Shown: piece after piece, positions 60,303 to 64,000 of the stretch
How positions within the stretch are numbered: the stretch's first letter is position 1
Layout of the letters: every line of letters begins with the position of its first letter
Origin: Octopus sinensis
Lineage: Eukaryota
Assembly: GCF_006345805.1 (NCBI RefSeq)
Contig: NC_042999.1
Location: 151,962,001-152,026,000 of the forward strand
Length of the DNA: 64,000 nucleotides
Direction of reading: 5' to 3'
Made by a program: the position numbers and the translations under genes
Notes under the pieces: generated by a model
The model's database searches: none
What the model saw: only the letters and a program-made list of their open reading frames with translations
What the model was told of the DNA's origin: nothing

Positions 60303-61559
60303 ATCTGAATAAATAACCCATTAGCTCTTTGCAACGAGTGGATGACTGCAAAACCCTAGTTGCAGTGCACCACCCTAGTGGCCAATCGCAGTAATACCAA
60401 AACACCATAACAAAAATTACGAGTTTTACATCTTGTATACAATTCATTTGACAAAAATAAAAAAAAAGTAGGCAGTTAATTCAAAAGACAAAATTGAAAT
60501 ATGAAACACGTATGACGGAGTTTATAGACGCTAAATTGATATGTTTTATGCTTTATTCCACTATACTCTCACAGCATTGTAGTTATACACAAAATCATAC
60601 ATTCCTCCTTCAAAACCATTCTATATCTGGTGCTAGTATAGTATGCGATCTACCACGGCTTCAAACAGTATAGCCTGGGTTATCTATCTTATCTAATCGA
60701 CTAGGCCCCTCCCACAAAATTTCGGGCCTTGTGCCTAGAGTAGAAAATAATTAATGAGAGGTCATTAAATTTCGGTAGCTTGTTACATTACAGTAAACCC
60801 AAGTGGAACCGACTATCATAAACATTCATAATCAGTTAAACTAATCTTTAAGAGCAACATATTTAACAGAAATGCATAAATTTAACAATTAGTTTCAACA
60901 GCTGTTTCATTAAGGTAAACATCACCAAATGCATGATGAAATATTTGTTGCAGAACACCGTTGCAGCAACGGTTTTCTAATTAACATAACGCAATACACC
61001 TAACGATTTGGTTTAATACAGTTTTTAAATTGATTTATTTAATTTAAATTATGCTTCACAATTATGTAATGAGACATTTTGTAGTGTTTATTATTATGAA
61101 GCAGCTGTTGAACACAAATTATGAACTATTTGGGAAATTTATATTTTTATCACGCACACACACATACACTCACACACACAAATATATATATGAATAATAT
61201 AATGTGTGTGTGTATTATTAATATGCAGAACATGCTCATATGAACTGCCATCTTAGTCAGTACTACAATAAATATATGTTTGTGTCTCTGTGTGTGTGTC
61301 ATATTGAATGAAAAAATGTAAAAGAGAGGAAATATTTAGATTAGTATTAATTGCGATGTGCATTTTTTACAATTTAAGTTATATTACAATAACTTTAAAG
61401 AGACTTATTTATATGTTATTTATTCATATTTTAGAGATTTTAGATTTTAGAATTCAGTCCTCACAGAGTACTAACAGAAATATTTGCAATCTGGCTTTAT
61501 TCCTTTGATCACCAGTGAATCAAAAACCTTTGCGTTACGATAGAGGATGTCTTAAAATT

Positions 61560-62140
61560 TAATAATAATAATGATGGTGATGGTGATGGTCACTCTCCTC
61601 GATTTCAACGCATGAGTGTTTGAAGGAGAGGATTTTTTTTTAAATGAGAACATTGATTATTTTGATTTTGCCTCGGATTGGGCAAATGTGTTTGTTGATT
61701 GCAGAATGTAATTTTTTTATTGCTCTGATTCTTCAGCTCAGATGCTATCATCACACATTTTACGCCATGCAGATCGATTTGGACAATAACTTTCCCAAGA
61801 TGTCAAATTAAACTGTTGAGATTTTAATGATTGTTTCAACTTATCCTTATGCCTAAAGACGAGTCTTCCTTTACCGCGGTATCCTTCTACTTGTTGGCCA
61901 GAATTTTCGGAACGCGATCATCATTTATCCGAACAACATATCCCACCCATTTGCAGTGATTTCCCAGCAGCATTTTTCTGATACTGTAGATATCACATTT
62001 TCCTAAGATTTCGACATTTGATAACTTATCTTGCCCTTTTATGTTGCAGATATTGCACAGATAGCATATGCGAAAGATTTCAAAGTTTCTGTGTATGTCT
62101 ATAGTAAGGAGTCCATGCTTCTGTACTATACAGAATGTGC
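61560..62140 (-). mobile_element. RTE-clade LINE 3' end (degenerate)
   Basis: NIKGQDKLSNVEILGKC..KWVGYVVRINDDRVPKIL / GYRGKGRLVFRHKDKLKQSLK..SWESYCPNRSAWRKMCDD; ends in a CAT/ATT tail. Confidence 0.85.
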
Positions 62141-62149
62141 TCAACTGGT

Positions 62150-62285
62150 ACTTACTTTATTGATCCCGAAAGGATGAAAGATAAAGTCGACCTCGGCGGA
62201 ATTTGATCTAAGAACGTAAAGACGGAAGAAATGTCGCTAAGCATTTTATCCGACGTGCTAACGATTCCGCCAGCTCACCACTTAA
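62150..62285 (-). mobile_element. SINE family B 5' part
   Basis: Reverse complement of head and core. Confidence 0.88.
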
Positions 62286-62330
62286 TAATAATAATAATGC
62301 TAATAATAATAACAATAATAATAATAATAA

Positions 62331-62771
62331 GACACACAGATAGAGAAATTAAGGCCAAAAGACCAGATATAGTTGTCAGAGATCATGAAGAAAAGAAATG
62401 CTTTCTAATTGATGTATCAATACCAGCAGATGACAACGTGTCTCTAAAAGAAATGGAGAAACTCTCAAAATACAAAGACCTGGAAATAGAGGTAACCAGA
62501 ATGTGGAATCTAAAAACAGAAACAATTCCTATCATAGTAGGTGCATTAGGCATGATAAAAAAATATTCAGACAAATACATAACAAAAACACCAGGACTTA
62601 CAAACACATATAACATACAGAAAATTGCACTACTAGGCACTGCACACATCCTACGCAGAACACTTTCCATACAATAACCATCAGAGCATCACAACAAATC
62701 ACAGCACATACCCAAGGCACACAGAGCTGTGCTCGGTAGTGAAGTGAAAGCACGCTATAAAAATAAAACTA

Positions 62772-62774
<3 letters not shown>
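62331..62774 (+). mobile_element. 5'-truncated Dong/R4-clade LINE (restriction-like endonuclease domain + 3' UTR) in (TAA)n
   Basis: Open frame HTDREIKAKRPDIVVRDHEEKKCFLIDVSIPADDNVSLKEMEKLSKYKDL..RRTLSIQ* (stop 62677) with the PD-D-K pattern; (AAT)n on both flanks. Confidence 0.92.
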
Positions 62775-62808
<34 letters not shown>

Positions 62809-62821
62809 GTAATAATAATAA

Positions 62822-63006
62822 TTTCTACTATAGACACAAGGCCTGAAATTTTGAGGGAGGGGACTAGTCGATTATATCGACCCTAGTGTTTCACTGGTAC
62901 TTAATTTATCGACCTCGACGGAATTTGAAATCAGAGCATAAAGACGGACGAAATGCTGCTAAGGATTTTGCCCGGCGTGCTAACGATCGTACAAGCTCGC
63001 CACCTT
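62822..63006 (-). mobile_element. SINE family B
   Basis: Its (ATT)n tail is the microsatellite hosting the Dong insertion. Confidence 0.88.
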
Positions 63007-63129
63007 AATAATGATGATGATGATCTTTAAATTTTTTAGACATTGCTACAAAAACGAAAGAAAAAGTTTAGAAATCGTCCAACTGTAATGTAATTTCTCA
63101 AATCACCGTCTTAAGCTGATGTTGAAAGT

Positions 63130-63700
63130 GGAATAAAACGAAAAACAAAAGAGGGAAATGTCATATAACATTGGAGACAATATTATCATTATACCAACCG
63201 TAATGGCTGTCACAGAAACTATTATGAAGAACTCTCAGCTTATTCTTAAGATTATTCCTCTGAGTATTCACTACTGTATAAAACTGCATTGATGAGATGT
63301 CAGAAAATATTGAAAAGACGATAATTTCAGAATTTCAAAAGTGTAATTTATGCTACTCGGTTTGACGAATCACCGTTTGGGAGTTCTAATATACTCAAGG
63401 CCTACGTAAGGTTCTGCGCAGTAGTAGTTCAGATAGTTCTAATAAATGCATTGTTGGTGAATTTCTCTTTGACACTTGAAGCTGCCACCCAGCGGAGAGT
63501 GGGATGATCATCTTGTGGTTGGACGAATATTTGAGTAAGTGTCCGCCATTCATCTTAAATCATTACGGCATTTGTTTCTGATGGTGCACTTAGCTTAGAT
63601 TGAGATGTACCGAGGTTTTTCAGCCGCTTTTAACGGAAAAGCTGCTAATAAGAGAGCATGTATGCAATGCACATTGTTTTACTCTGATAACAATTTCGTA
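63130..63700 (+). pseudogene. Decayed hAT (Charlie/Buster, SCAND3/ZBED8-like) transposase
   Basis: Frameshifted peptides IIIPTVMAVTETIMKNSQLILKIIPLS / DEMSENIEKTIISEFQKC / FDESPFGSSNILKAYVRF / SDGA / GFSA; the first two DDE acidic motifs are recognisable. Confidence 0.8.
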
Positions 63701-63734
63701 ACCAAAAATAATTCTCTGTAATTTTTGGTATAAA

Positions 63735-63890
63735 GTCAGGAGTTTTGAGGTTATTTATTTTATTGACTTCGAAAGGATGGAAGCAAAGTCGACCTCAGTG
63801 ATATTTGAACTCAGAGCATAAAGACGGACAAAATATTGCTAAGCATTTTGGCCCACTTGCAAACGATTCTGCTAGCTCGCTGCTCTCTTG
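63735..63890 (-). mobile_element. SINE family B 5' part
   Basis: Reverse complement of head and core. Confidence 0.85.
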
Positions 63891-64000
63891 TGACAAATAA
63901 ATAAATAAATAAATAAATAATGATAATGATAATAATAATAATGAGAATCTTTAAAAGATTTTTTGCATCTCGAAATAAGATACGAACAAGGGTGAGTTGA

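Noticed and set aside
62231-62330. N-terminal part of the 148-aa ORF
   Set aside because: The Met lies in a SINE and the poly-I stretch is the (AAT)n tract; only 62331-62677 is LINE coding sequence.

Overview
AT-rich, repeat-saturated eukaryotic DNA. The SINE families and microsatellite load point to an octopod cephalopod (Octopus-like); this rests on my recognition, not a database search. Almost every ORF in the track is a microsatellite or transposon artefact. The window holds dozens of tRNA-headed SINEs (at least 3 families), an RTE-derived non-autonomous family, and decayed mariner, pogo, hAT, RTE and possible Helitron remnants. It also holds a 5'-truncated Dong/R4 LINE with an uninterrupted endonuclease frame inside a (TAA)n tract, hAT/Tigger/piggyBac MITEs with target-site duplications, Helentron/HINE-like elements, and Penelope-like termini. 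A phase-compatible chain of small plus-strand candidate exons (about 6.7-30.4 kb) suggests an unidentified gene, and CpG density appears to rise sharply near 42.4 kb. Most notable: four hammerhead-ribozyme motifs (one with a fully intact core at 49024-49083) plus one degenerate remnant; several fold-back elements (two-left-ended mariner, two-tailed RTE derivative, 844-bp palindrome with telomere-like arms, HINE triplet abutting an exon); and a tandemly duplicated exon whose upstream copy carries a stop. No wholly new system is proven from sequence alone.
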